DNA from: a virus
Virus record (IMG/VR): IMGVR_UViG_3300017716_002598
Coordinates: 1 to 45,744 of that record
Length of the DNA stretch: 45,744 nucleotides
Strand: one strand, 5' to 3'
Below the pieces are notes generated by a model. That model did no database searches. It saw nothing but the letters and a program-made list of their open reading frames with translations, and had not been told where the DNA came from. A program made the translations under genes and the position numbers. Within the stretch, counting starts at the first letter, position 1, and the number at the start of each line of letters is the position of its first letter. Positions 24,580-32,651 of this stretch are shown here, one piece after another.

Positions 24580-25743
24580 TTAGCCCAGCAGGATGCCGAG
24601 GTGTTCCGGCTTCACGCACTTCACGCCCCAGGCCAGGCCGACCTCATACTTGATCCGGCGATACTGCTTGTAGACGGCGATCTGGAAGACCAGACCCGAC
24701 ACCGGATCCGTGACAGTCGTCACGTCGTCGGCGTCGTCGCCGCCCGCCGGCATGGCCGGGGTGCGGGCAGCCAGCAGCAGGGCGCTCTGCGAGAAGAACA
24801 GGTTGGCGGTGTAGTTGCCGCCGAGCGTGATCGCCGTGGCGGAGGCCGGGATGGCCTGGCGCAGGCCCGGAGCGGCGAGGGTGATGGTGCCGCCGCCCGA
24901 GACGTCCGCATCCCCGGAGGCGACCACATACTTGTTGGTGTCGCCCGCGAAGGTGATGACGTCGCCGGCCAGGATCGTGCCGGTGCCGGCCGAGGCGAGG
25001 GTGATCACGGTAGCGCCGATGGCATAGCCAGCGGTGTTCGTGGTCGCCGACGCACCCGTGCCCTTCGTGACGGCAGCGACGCCGCCCGAATAGCCGAGGT
25101 TGAAGCCCATGAGCTGGCGCTGTTGGCGCTGGCGCAGGAGGGCCCCAGCGTCGCCCGACTCGTTGACCTTAAACAGTTCGCTGTGCTTGCCCTCGAGGTT
25201 GGCGCGAGCGGCACCGCCGAGGATCATGGCGCGACCCGAGGCGGGGGCCCCGTTGTCGTCCAGGATGCGGTTGGCGTTGGAGAAGTCCGAGAGGTCGGCG
25301 GCGGTGGCGAACGGGGTCGTGCCGGCCGTGCCGTATGCGCGCGAGGAGGCGACATACAGGGCGGCGAGATCGGCCTCGACTTCGTTGGCGGCGGCACGGA
25401 AGGCCTGGGCAAACTGGTTGCTCAGGATCGTGTTGATCACGCCGTCCTTCGTCACCGACAGCTGCTCCTCGCCGGTCCAGCGGATCGGGAAGGCGCGGGC
25501 CTTGGTGATGGCGAGGTCGACGTAGCCAACGGTCTGGTCGCCGGAGTCCGCGGGCGTGTTGCCGGCGGTGATGTTCTCGCCAGCGATGGCGGGGACGACG
25601 GGCGAGCGGACGGTCTGGTTGACCGCGCCGGACTCGGCGGTCGCGTCGCGCTGGACGTTCGGGATGAAGCCGATCAGTTCGCGCGAAACGACGTCGAGGC
25701 CGTTGTAGATGGTGGGGATCAGACCCGTGAGGGTGTTGGCCAT
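24580..25743 (-). CDS. Major capsid protein, P22 coat-like (HK97 fold with an insertion domain)
   Basis: GDVITFAGD resembles the GDKISFAGV segment as I recall the P22 coat sequence. The C-terminal GLAWGV...PEHLG also resembles the P22 coat C-terminus. The gene follows the scaffold gene. Confidence 0.8.
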   Translation of the reverse strand: MANTLTGLIPTIYNGLDVVSRELIGFIPNVQRDATAESGAVNQTVRSPVVPAIAGENITAGNTPADSGDQTVGYVDLAITKARAFPIRWTGEEQLSVTKDGVINTILSNQFAQAFRAAANEVEADLAALYVASSRAYGTAGTTPFATAADLSDFSNANRILDDNGAPASGRAMILGGAARANLEGKHSELFKVNESGDAGALLRQRQQRQLMGFNLGYSGGVAAVTKGTGASATTNTAGYAIGATVITLASAGTGTILAGDVITFAGDTNKYVVASGDADVSGGGTITLAAPGLRQAIPASATAITLGGNYTANLFFSQSALLLAARTPAMPAGGDDADDVTTVTDPVSGLVFQIAVYKQYRRIKYEVGLAWGVKCVKPEHLGILLG

Positions 25744-25888
25744 TGGGGTGCCCTTTCAAGGCTTGGGGGGAGACGAGGGGGAGAGGCTGAGGTTCGGAGG
25801 GGTTCGGCCTTGCCTGTGCCGGTAGGGAGCCATCCGGCTCAGGCGCCCCCCCGCATCCACGGGACGGCCTTGTCGTAGGGGTGGTGGC

Positions 25889-26677
25889 TTAGTCGACGAT
25901 TGAGACGTCGGAGGCGGTCGCCGCCTTCATCCGGTCGCTTGGGGGGAGAGCGTCAAACTCGGCGCGCGTGATCGTGCGCTTGCCGCCGCCGCCACCGTTG
26001 TTCTGGGCCCCGCCGCCGGGACGAATGTCGCCCTTGAGGATCGAGTCGCGCGTGGGGTGAGCGTCAACCAGGAGCTCCAGCGCCTCATCGAACCCAGCGA
26101 CCTCGCCGGGCTTGGCGCGGCTGTAGATTTTGTTCTTGTCCGGCCCGTAGGCCACGACCTGGCCGTCCTCGATCTTGAAGTTCCCGCCGAACTTGGCTTG
26201 CAGGAAGTCGGCGGGGATCGCGACCTTCTCGGCGATGAACTTGGACCGGGCGAAGGAGCCGCCGATCTTCTCGCCATACAGCTGGCCCTCGAAGTCGTCG
26301 CCGCGCTTGTTGGCGGCGGCCAGCTTCTCCTCGTAGCCCTTGGCGATCTCGGCCTTGACCTTCTCGACCTCGCCCGCGTCGATCAGTTTCTTTTGGTCGA
26401 GGGAGCCGACCGTTTCCAGCGCCTTGATGGCGGCGGCCGGGTCGGTGATTCCCTCGAATGCCTTGAGGGCCCGCTCGGCGGCTTCCTTGCCCTCGCGGTG
26501 GCTTTTGGCCTCGCCGTTGAGCCGGGTGATGGTGCCGATAGTGCCGGGCGCGTCGAAGGCCACGTCCTTGCCGGTGTCGTCCGTGAAGACCGGCTTGCCG
26601 TCCTGGACGGCCGCGTAGGTGACGCCGTCGATCTCGATGGTCTTGAGCTTCATGGTGGGGTGGGCTTTCTCCGGCAT
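25889..26677 (-). CDS. Scaffolding protein candidate (start 26677 or 26653)
   Basis: The protein is charged, helical and K/E/A-rich, and lies directly upstream of the coat gene. Confidence 0.6.
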   Translation of the reverse strand: MPEKAHPTMKLKTIEIDGVTYAAVQDGKPVFTDDTGKDVAFDAPGTIGTITRLNGEAKSHREGKEAAERALKAFEGITDPAAAIKALETVGSLDQKKLIDAGEVEKVKAEIAKGYEEKLAAANKRGDDFEGQLYGEKIGGSFARSKFIAEKVAIPADFLQAKFGGNFKIEDGQVVAYGPDKNKIYSRAKPGEVAGFDEALELLVDAHPTRDSILKGDIRPGGGAQNNGGGGGKRTITRAEFDALPPSDRMKAATASDVSIVD

Positions 26678-26742
26678 CCGCCGGCCTTGGGTGGGCTATC
26701 TGGCCCGGACGCCCCGCCGATCCCGGCTGAGGGCAGAGGTGG

Positions 26743-27246
26743 TTAGGACGCGAGCCAGTCCGGCGTCGGGCGTCCGAGGAGGTCGGCGGTCCAGCCGCTC
26801 ATTGAGCGGGCGCGGTCGCCGATGGCGGGGAGGGCTTGCCGCCAGCCGGCGCGGAGGATTTCGGCGGACCGCCAAGGCCAGGGCTCGGTGATGTGCCGGG
26901 CCTGCTCATCCATCGGGACGCCGCAGAGGACGGCGCGGTCATATCCGAGATCGACCAGCGCGACCTTGAGGGCGAACAGGCCGGAGGAGCCGGAGCGATC
27001 CTGGCCGGGGAAGGCCCAGCCGTGGGTGAAGACTTGGGGAGCAGGGGGGTAGCCTTTGGATGCCCGGCGCTCGGCCCATCCGGGCCAGAGATCGGGGTGA
27101 AGGGTTGCCGCCGCGTCTATGGGGCCCGGCCAGTCGGCGGCGATATCGTTGCAGGCGACGATCCCGTCCGCCTCGGTTAGCGCCAGTGCGGCCTCGACGT
27201 CATCCCAGACAGTCGTGGCACCGCCCAGCACAAGGGCGAGGGTCAC
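26743..27246 (-). CDS. Uncharacterised Rossmann-like protein (167 aa) inserted between portal and scaffold
   Basis: The GTG start overlaps the portal stop. The pattern LVLGGA...DGIVACND...GSSGLFALKVALVDLGYDRAVLCGVPMD loosely recalls DUF115/MptE-like folds. This is a weak, by-eye call. Confidence 0.5.
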   Translation of the reverse strand: MTLALVLGGATTVWDDVEAALALTEADGIVACNDIAADWPGPIDAAATLHPDLWPGWAERRASKGYPPAPQVFTHGWAFPGQDRSGSSGLFALKVALVDLGYDRAVLCGVPMDEQARHITEPWPWRSAEILRAGWRQALPAIGDRARSMSGWTADLLGRPTPDWLAS

Positions 27247-28688
27247 GCGGCGTCGGCGTCCTCGTCCGGGGCGTCGCCGGGCATGGCCGCGGCGATATCC
27301 GCCTCGTCGTCCAGATCCGGCATTTCCTCGGTGATCTTGTCCTGCTCGTCTTCAAACTCAACGTCGGCCGCGAGTTCGCCGCGGCGCTTCATCTCGGCCA
27401 AGGCGGTCTTGCCGGAGATCAGGCCGGAATCCTTCATAGCCAGAACCAGTTGGCCGGAGGCTTGCGAGAGGCTCGTCGCGCCGAAGTCCTTGAACAGCGA
27501 GGCGTGGCCGCCCGAGCCGAGGTTGGCGTAGTCGGCCATCATTTGCAGGGCCAGGTCGAGGCTGTCCTCGAAGCCCTCGGTGATCCGTTGCAGGTCCGAT
27601 TTGTTGCCCTCGGCGTCGTTGGCCGATTCCGTCGCGCTCCGGTCGCCCGGCTTCTTGACCAGCAACTCCGCGCCGGCCTGGATCATCTGCTCCTCAAGAG
27701 CGTCGAGCGACTCCTGCCCGGCCTTGATCGCCGCCCCGGTATGCTCGACCCACTCCATCGTGCCGCCAACGGGGAGCATGACAGCCGAGGAGCCGCCGAT
27801 GGTCAGGGAGGTTTTGGAGTCCGCCCCGGAGATCGCAAGGATCGGCACCCGCGCGACGTGAAGGATCGTGTCCTGATCGCTCTGCGACTGCCAGTGTTTG
27901 ACGTTGAGATAGGCGAGGTCCAGCAGGGGCGGCCGGGCCGTCATGTAGCCGGTCCGCCAGCCGTAGAAGGGCACGAACGGGATATAGGGGAGGCCGGTCA
28001 GGCCAGCGTCGATCCTGCGCCATTCATCACCGCCGGCTGCCGTGACCCGCTCGGTCTTTTCCCAGACCTCAAACGCGCCCGGGGTCAGAACCCGCACCCG
28101 CTTGACGGTCTTCTCGCCATAGAGGCCGTCCGCGACCGTTGCGTCCTCGGCGATCCGCAGCTGGGCCAAGGCCCGCGCTCCGTTGGCCGAGGCGATGCGG
28201 TAGCCGAGAATCTGGCGGTGCATGACGCGGACGAAATAGGGCCGCATCCCGGCCTGTTGCTGTTCGGCCCTGGTTTGGACCCTGCCCGATCCCGCGCCCT
28301 CCTGCTTGGGGGCCTCGACCAACACGCCGCAAAGGCCGTGCGCCAGGGACTCGCCCATCATTTCGGCGCAGAAGACGTGAAGGTTGACCCCTTCGCGGTC
28401 GATATCCTCGGCCCATTCCCTGATCTGGGCGGGGACGTCGTCGCCGAGCGTCAGGGCCTTGGAGAAGGGCTTGCCGACCATGACCGAGACGGTGCGGCGA
28501 AAGGCGGGGAACAGGGTCGCGGTCTCGAGGCGGGACTTATAGGCGTCGTCCTCCTCCTTGGGCCATTTCGGCAGCAGGGTCTTGGCCGCGCGCATCGCCT
28601 CGGTGCCGCCCATAAGCGGCTCGGTCACGCCCCAGGCCTTGCCCATTGCGCCGATAGAGGGCGAGAGCGCGTCCACCGTTGCGGTCAT
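27243..28688 (-). CDS. Portal protein
   Basis: Called from its size (481 aa), its position after TerL, its acidic C-terminus and a DUF4055-like N-terminal region. Confidence 0.8.
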   Translation of the reverse strand: MTATVDALSPSIGAMGKAWGVTEPLMGGTEAMRAAKTLLPKWPKEEDDAYKSRLETATLFPAFRRTVSVMVGKPFSKALTLGDDVPAQIREWAEDIDREGVNLHVFCAEMMGESLAHGLCGVLVEAPKQEGAGSGRVQTRAEQQQAGMRPYFVRVMHRQILGYRIASANGARALAQLRIAEDATVADGLYGEKTVKRVRVLTPGAFEVWEKTERVTAAGGDEWRRIDAGLTGLPYIPFVPFYGWRTGYMTARPPLLDLAYLNVKHWQSQSDQDTILHVARVPILAISGADSKTSLTIGGSSAVMLPVGGTMEWVEHTGAAIKAGQESLDALEEQMIQAGAELLVKKPGDRSATESANDAEGNKSDLQRITEGFEDSLDLALQMMADYANLGSGGHASLFKDFGATSLSQASGQLVLAMKDSGLISGKTALAEMKRRGELAADVEFEDEQDKITEEMPDLDDEADIAAAMPGDAPDEDADAA

Positions 28689-28697
28689 GCGGTCTCC

Positions 28698-30269
28698 TTA
28701 CAGGCGCAGGGGGGCGACGGTGGCAGGCGCGGGGCCCAGCGCCAGTTCGTTGAAGGCGTCGGCCGCGGCGTCGACCCGGTCGTCGTGGGCCCCGGCCGGG
28801 AAGCCGCAAAGCTCGTCGACGAAGGTCTCGATCCATGCGTCCCGGTCGGGATCGCCGGTTGCCAGGATATAGACGTTCCCGGCCTCGGCTTGGGTCGCCA
28901 AGGCCAGCGCCCGGGTTTCCTTGGAGCCGGTCGGGCGCTCGACCTTGACCGCGTAGCCGGGGAGCATCTTGACGAGGGTCTGGACGTAGCCCTTGCCGGC
29001 CGCGCCGGGGTCTTGGGGGAGGCGGATGATCACGTCCGGGGTATCGGCCGCCGCGGTCAGTTTCAGTTGGGCTTCGAGGTTGGCCGGCGACCACTGGCCC
29101 GCCCGGCAGTCCGTGAAATAGAAGGTTGCGGCCTCGCCGTTGCCGACCTTGGTGCAACGGACGCCCGCGCTCGGGTCGCCCCCGCCTTCGGTCGCCCCGA
29201 TATCCCAAGCCCGGACCGTGCGGCGTGTCCCGGCGGGCAGGGTGTTGGCGATCTTGAACCACGACCGCTGGAATAGGCCGCCATCGCGCGGCGCGGGCCG
29301 CTGCTGATACTGCCCCGCCCAGGCATAGGCGCCCTTGCCCCTCTTGAGCGTCTCGACCTCGGCGGCCGGGAAGCGTTCGGGGAACAGGAGCTCGCCCTCG
29401 ATCCGCCGGGGATCCTCAAAGAACAGGGCCCCGTTGACGTAGGTGCGGCAGGGGCCGGCGGTTTGTTTGCCGTCCGCCCCGATCCGCGCCGCCTCGTATT
29501 CCATCGGCAGGTTGAGGTGGACGAACCCGATCTCGAGGCCCATCGCCACGGCCGCCACGTCCTTCGCGTGAAGGCGCTGCATGATGATCACGATGGCGCT
29601 GGTCTGCACGTCGTTGAGGCGGTCGGTGATTCCCTCGCGGAAAATCCGGGTCGCCGTCTCGCGCTCGACCTCCGACTCCGCCGTCTCGGTAGAGTGCGGG
29701 TCGTCGATCTTGACCCTATCGGCCCGGCCCCCGGTCATGGAGCTGAACGGGCGGGCCTCCGAGAAGCCGTTGGCCGTGTTCTCGAATTTGCCCTTGGCGT
29801 TCTGGTCGCCGCGGAGGGCCAGCGGCCAGAGGGCTTGAAACTTCTCGCTCTCGACCAGACGCCGGAGTTTGAGGTTATCGCGAAGCACGTTCGCTTGGCT
29901 GTAGCTGGTCGCCAGGACTTGCAGATGGGCCGCGCCTTGCGGTCCCCACTCCCAAGCGGTCCAGAAGACCAGCAGGAGAGACTTCATCATCCCCGGGGGG
30001 ACGGTGATCAGGAGCCGCTTGATCTCCCCGCGCGAAACCGCCTCGAGGTGGGCGCACATCGCCCGGAGCGCCCAGCCCCCTACGAACGGTCGCGCCGGCT
30101 CCAAGGTGTGCCAGAACTCGGCGATGAACCCGTAGAGCGGCCGGCAACCGGAGACGATTTCCGACCGCTGCGTCTCAACCCGGTGGCGATCCGCCCGGGC
30201 CTGCTTCTCCCGCAAGGCGGCGAGGAGCCGCTCCCGGTCAGTCCTCGTCAGCGGGCGCGTCATCCGCAT
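28698..30269 (-). CDS. terL: Terminase large subunit
   Basis: The ATPase region reads KSLLLVFWTAWEW...VKIDDPH. The nuclease C-terminus reads AWDIGATEGGGDPSA...GAHDDRVDAAADAF. Confidence 0.9.
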   Translation of the reverse strand: MRMTRPLTRTDRERLLAALREKQARADRHRVETQRSEIVSGCRPLYGFIAEFWHTLEPARPFVGGWALRAMCAHLEAVSRGEIKRLLITVPPGMMKSLLLVFWTAWEWGPQGAAHLQVLATSYSQANVLRDNLKLRRLVESEKFQALWPLALRGDQNAKGKFENTANGFSEARPFSSMTGGRADRVKIDDPHSTETAESEVERETATRIFREGITDRLNDVQTSAIVIIMQRLHAKDVAAVAMGLEIGFVHLNLPMEYEAARIGADGKQTAGPCRTYVNGALFFEDPRRIEGELLFPERFPAAEVETLKRGKGAYAWAGQYQQRPAPRDGGLFQRSWFKIANTLPAGTRRTVRAWDIGATEGGGDPSAGVRCTKVGNGEAATFYFTDCRAGQWSPANLEAQLKLTAAADTPDVIIRLPQDPGAAGKGYVQTLVKMLPGYAVKVERPTGSKETRALALATQAEAGNVYILATGDPDRDAWIETFVDELCGFPAGAHDDRVDAAADAFNELALGPAPATVAPLRL

Positions 30270-30711
30270 CCCCGCTCAAGGTGGCGATCTCCGCCGCGAG
30301 CTCTTCGTCCGAGAGGTGCGAGAACGTATGCGCCACGCGTTGAACCGGGGCCGTCTTCGGGGCCATCCGAGCCGCGGCCCACTTCAAGGCGTCGAGGTAA
30401 ACGCGCGCGCCGGCCGGGTCGATCTTGTGACCGTTGACCGATTGGCCGAGCGCCGCAGCCTTGGTGACGGTCAGCCCGTCCTCTTGCAGCGTCTCGGCCC
30501 GTTCCTCGCGCGCGCTCGCGTATTGTTGGCGGCGGCCCTCGTCTTGATTGATCCAGGTGTGCGCCGACGACGGGTCGATCCCAAGTTTGCGACAGGCGGC
30601 ACGAAGCGACTTCCCGGAGCCGATGATCGCCATCATGGGGGCGAGGTCTTCGGCGGTCGGGCGGCGCTTGCCTTCCTCCGCGGCGTCCTGGACTTCGTTG
30701 TTCTCGCTCAT
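30238..30711 (-). CDS. terS: Terminase small subunit
   Basis: An HTH region (SLRAACRKLGIDPSSAHTWI...YASAREERAE) lies directly upstream of terL and overlaps it. Confidence 0.75.
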   Translation of the reverse strand: MSENNEVQDAAEEGKRRPTAEDLAPMMAIIGSGKSLRAACRKLGIDPSSAHTWINQDEGRRQQYASAREERAETLQEDGLTVTKAAALGQSVNGHKIDPAGARVYLDALKWAAARMAPKTAPVQRVAHTFSHLSDEELAAEIATLSGDADDAPADED

Positions 30712-31625
30712 GCGACCTTGACGAGCCTCATTCCGTATTCGTTGGGGGCGGGGTCGAGGTTGAGGTCGGGGCGGCGGATCAGGCGTTGGCGCTTGAACCG
30801 GGAATAGTCGACGTGATGGTGAACCCGGCGATAGCGGAAGATCACCTCCGCGACGTCGGGATGAACGGCCGCCAGCATCTTCGACTTAGCGACCGTGCCC
30901 GTGTCCGCGTATTTCTCGCCGGCCCGGACCGTCCCCTCGGCGTGGTAGAACTCCGCAGTGTTCCCCCCCGGTAGCTTCTGGGTCTCCATCTTCTCTTGCA
31001 GGAAGGCGTTGAACTGGATCGTGCACCAGCCGGCCTTGAGCATATCGAGCGAGAGGATCGTGTCCTCGTTGTATCGGCCGCGCCAGCGGAAGGGGGCGTC
31101 GTTGCGGATCAGGTTGCAGGAATAGATGCGGGTGTTCGCGACGAAGGGCGGGCGCTTACATTTTCGCTCGGCGAACATGAAATAGTTGGGGCCGGCCATC
31201 GCGACGTTGAGATAGCGAAGGGTGAAGTCCTCCATCGCCGCCCAATAGCCGGGGCTAGTCGTCCTGACCTTGAGGTTATGGTTCCAGCGGAAGAACCAGA
31301 TGATGTTGTCATCCATCACCCAATGCCAGGCGTGGCCCGCGGCGATGGAGTGTTCCCAAGCGAAGTTGCGGGCCGGGCCGGGGCCGGTGCTTTTCGAGAG
31401 GCCGAGGTCGTCGCAGAGCTCGTAGCGATCCTTGAAGGAGAGATCGAGCGGGAGGACGGTCGCGAGGAGGTCCATTGACCGGATCGCGGTCTCGTATGCC
31501 TCGACCTCCTGGGGCTCAACGACAACGAAGTGGGGGACGCCCATCCGGGTTAGGGCCTTGCTCGTCACCATATAGGCGGAGCGGCCCTTCGAGACGATGT
31601 AGAGCGGGAAGCGGGGGTTATTCAT
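30708..31625 (-). CDS. GT-A-fold nucleotide-sugar transferase-like protein (TAGT-like?)
   Basis: The N-terminus is PLYIVSKGRS. The sequence GPGPARNFAWEHSIAAGHAWHWVMDDN matches the GT-A pattern ARN...A.G....hhhDD(D/N). It is coupled to ParB (8-nt overlap) and to terS (ATGA). Confidence 0.5.
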   Translation of the reverse strand: MNNPRFPLYIVSKGRSAYMVTSKALTRMGVPHFVVVEPQEVEAYETAIRSMDLLATVLPLDLSFKDRYELCDDLGLSKSTGPGPARNFAWEHSIAAGHAWHWVMDDNIIWFFRWNHNLKVRTTSPGYWAAMEDFTLRYLNVAMAGPNYFMFAERKCKRPPFVANTRIYSCNLIRNDAPFRWRGRYNEDTILSLDMLKAGWCTIQFNAFLQEKMETQKLPGGNTAEFYHAEGTVRAGEKYADTGTVAKSKMLAAVHPDVAEVIFRYRRVHHHVDYSRFKRQRLIRRPDLNLDPAPNEYGMRLVKVA

Positions 31626-32244
31626 ACCGCTTGTCGGCGTATCGCTCGATCTGGATTTCGGGATACCAGACGAAGCGGGTCTTCGACGTGATCGCGAACT
31701 CGGTCATGGTCGTGAAGGCGTCGACCGCGGCTTGGTCGGGAAAGTGAACGACGAGCGACCGGAACGCCTTTTTGTCGGTCTGGGAGAACTCCGGCATCCC
31801 TTGCCATTCGGCTTCGGCGTCGTTCTCGCCTTCCTCGCGCGGGAGGAGGAGGTTCTGAATCTCCCCCGCGTCGAAGCCGATCAGGTCCAGGTCATACCCG
31901 CCCTCGGCGAGCGCCTCGATTTCGGCACGGAGGGCGTCGTCATCCCATCCGGCGTTGAGGGCCAGCTTGTTGTCCGCGATCACATAGGCCCGGCGCTGGG
32001 CTTCGGAGAGGTGGTCGAGGACGAGGACCGGGACGGTTGCGAGCCCGAGGGATTGAGCGGCGAGAACCCGTCCGTGCCCGGCGATGATCCCGCCTTCGGC
32101 GTCGACGAGGACCGGGTTGGTAAACCCGAACTCGGTGATTGAGGCGGCGATCTGCGCGACCTGGGCCTCGGAGTGCGTCCGGGAGTTCCGGGCATAGGGC
32201 GTCAGGTCGGCAATCGGCCGCTGCTCGAGGTCTTTCGGGGTCAT
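31618..32244 (-). CDS. ParB/Srx-like N-terminal domain protein lacking the usual methyltransferase domain
   Basis: ParB-type motifs are present (LTPYARNSRTHSEAQVAQIAASI...IIAGHGRVLAA). The EWQGMPEF...VVHF......F linker is normally followed by an N6/N4 DNA methylase in phage ParB-methyltransferase fusions. Confidence 0.7.
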   Translation of the reverse strand: MTPKDLEQRPIADLTPYARNSRTHSEAQVAQIAASITEFGFTNPVLVDAEGGIIAGHGRVLAAQSLGLATVPVLVLDHLSEAQRRAYVIADNKLALNAGWDDDALRAEIEALAEGGYDLDLIGFDAGEIQNLLLPREEGENDAEAEWQGMPEFSQTDKKAFRSLVVHFPDQAAVDAFTTMTEFAITSKTRFVWYPEIQIERYADKRYE

Positions 32245-32256
32245 GCGTCCTCAGGT

Positions 32257-32333
32257 CTTCGCCCCGACCGCGCCGGTTGGATCGCTGCTCTGTCGGGCGT
32301 AAATCGGTCGATCACCGCGGGGTCGGGGCGAAG
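32257..32333 (-). promoter_or_regulatory. Large leader stem-loop abutting the Shine-Dalgarno sequence of the first late gene
   Basis: An 11-bp and a 5-bp helix (32257-32272 paired with 32316-32333, with a 2-nt bulge) enclose a 43-nt loop. The 3-prime arm ends 12 nt before ATG 32244, just before GAGGA. Confidence 0.6.
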
Positions 32334-32564
32334 GTGAACCAGTCCCGGCTGTGACCGCCTTGCCGGGCTACATGAAACGGCCGAAGCCGCCCCGCGCCCC
32401 CGGTGCGCTTCCCGCGCTAAGGCCGGTCGGAATCAGCCCTCGGCCGGGGCAGGACGCTGCGAGAATAGGCGCGGGGCAGTAAGGGGTGAGCGCCCGTCCC
32501 CGGTTCGGCCTTGCGGCTAGGGGGCGATCTGCGCTCGTGCCGGGGCCTGTATCGCCCGGCGGAT

Positions 32565-32598
32565 GCAAAAACGGCCCCGGCCGGTGAAGGCTGGGGCC
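32565..32598 (-). terminator. Intrinsic terminator between cassette B and the late leader
   Basis: Minus strand: GGCCCCAGCC-ttcacc-GGCCGGGGCC (one G-U pair) followed by GTTTTTG. Confidence 0.75.
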
Positions 32599-32633
32599 GA
32601 TCTGGTCGCGTCTTGCGCGTATGGGCTTCTGCA

Positions 32634-32642
32634 CACGTTACC
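32634..32642 (-). promoter_or_regulatory. Fourth GGTAACGTG box (operator, or -10-like TAACGT)
   Basis: The 9-mer is identical to the boxes at 41279-41287 and 42188-42196. It lies 10 nt after the stop of ORF 32652..32870 and 36 nt before the terminator hairpin. Confidence 0.5.
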
Positions 32643-32651
32643 GCTCCGCTG

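Noticed and set aside
25889-27246. The absence of a recognisable prohead protease, considered as an anomaly.
   Set aside because: The coat, scaffold and portal arrangement is P22-like, and P22-type assembly uses a recycled scaffold without a maturation protease. The absence is therefore expected.
27060-29276. Very long plus-strand ORFs antisense to the late genes: 27060..29276 (738 aa), 4383..5576, 7091..8572, 16566..17924, 21374..22720, 24424..25878 and 13333..14502.
   Set aside because: Their products are Arg/Gly/Pro/Asp-rich with no recognisable motifs. They lie opposite genes with clear portal, terminase, fibre, tape measure, MuF and coat signatures. Long antisense shadow ORFs are expected in GC-rich DNA with high third-position G+C.
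32430-32434. A GANTC (GAATC) site in the late leader, considered as a possible CcrM/GcrA-dependent element.
   Set aside because: A single occurrence in about 400 bp is roughly what base composition predicts. There is no phage methylase and no clustering.
32464-32471. The 8-mer AATAGGCG, found three times on the plus strand in non-coding regulatory regions (2385-2392, 32464-32471, 33663-33670).
   Set aside because: It was found post hoc. It is short and its orientation relative to transcription is inconsistent. In cassette A it is simply part of the longer TGCGTAAATA-GGCG context. The evidence is too weak for a separate claim.
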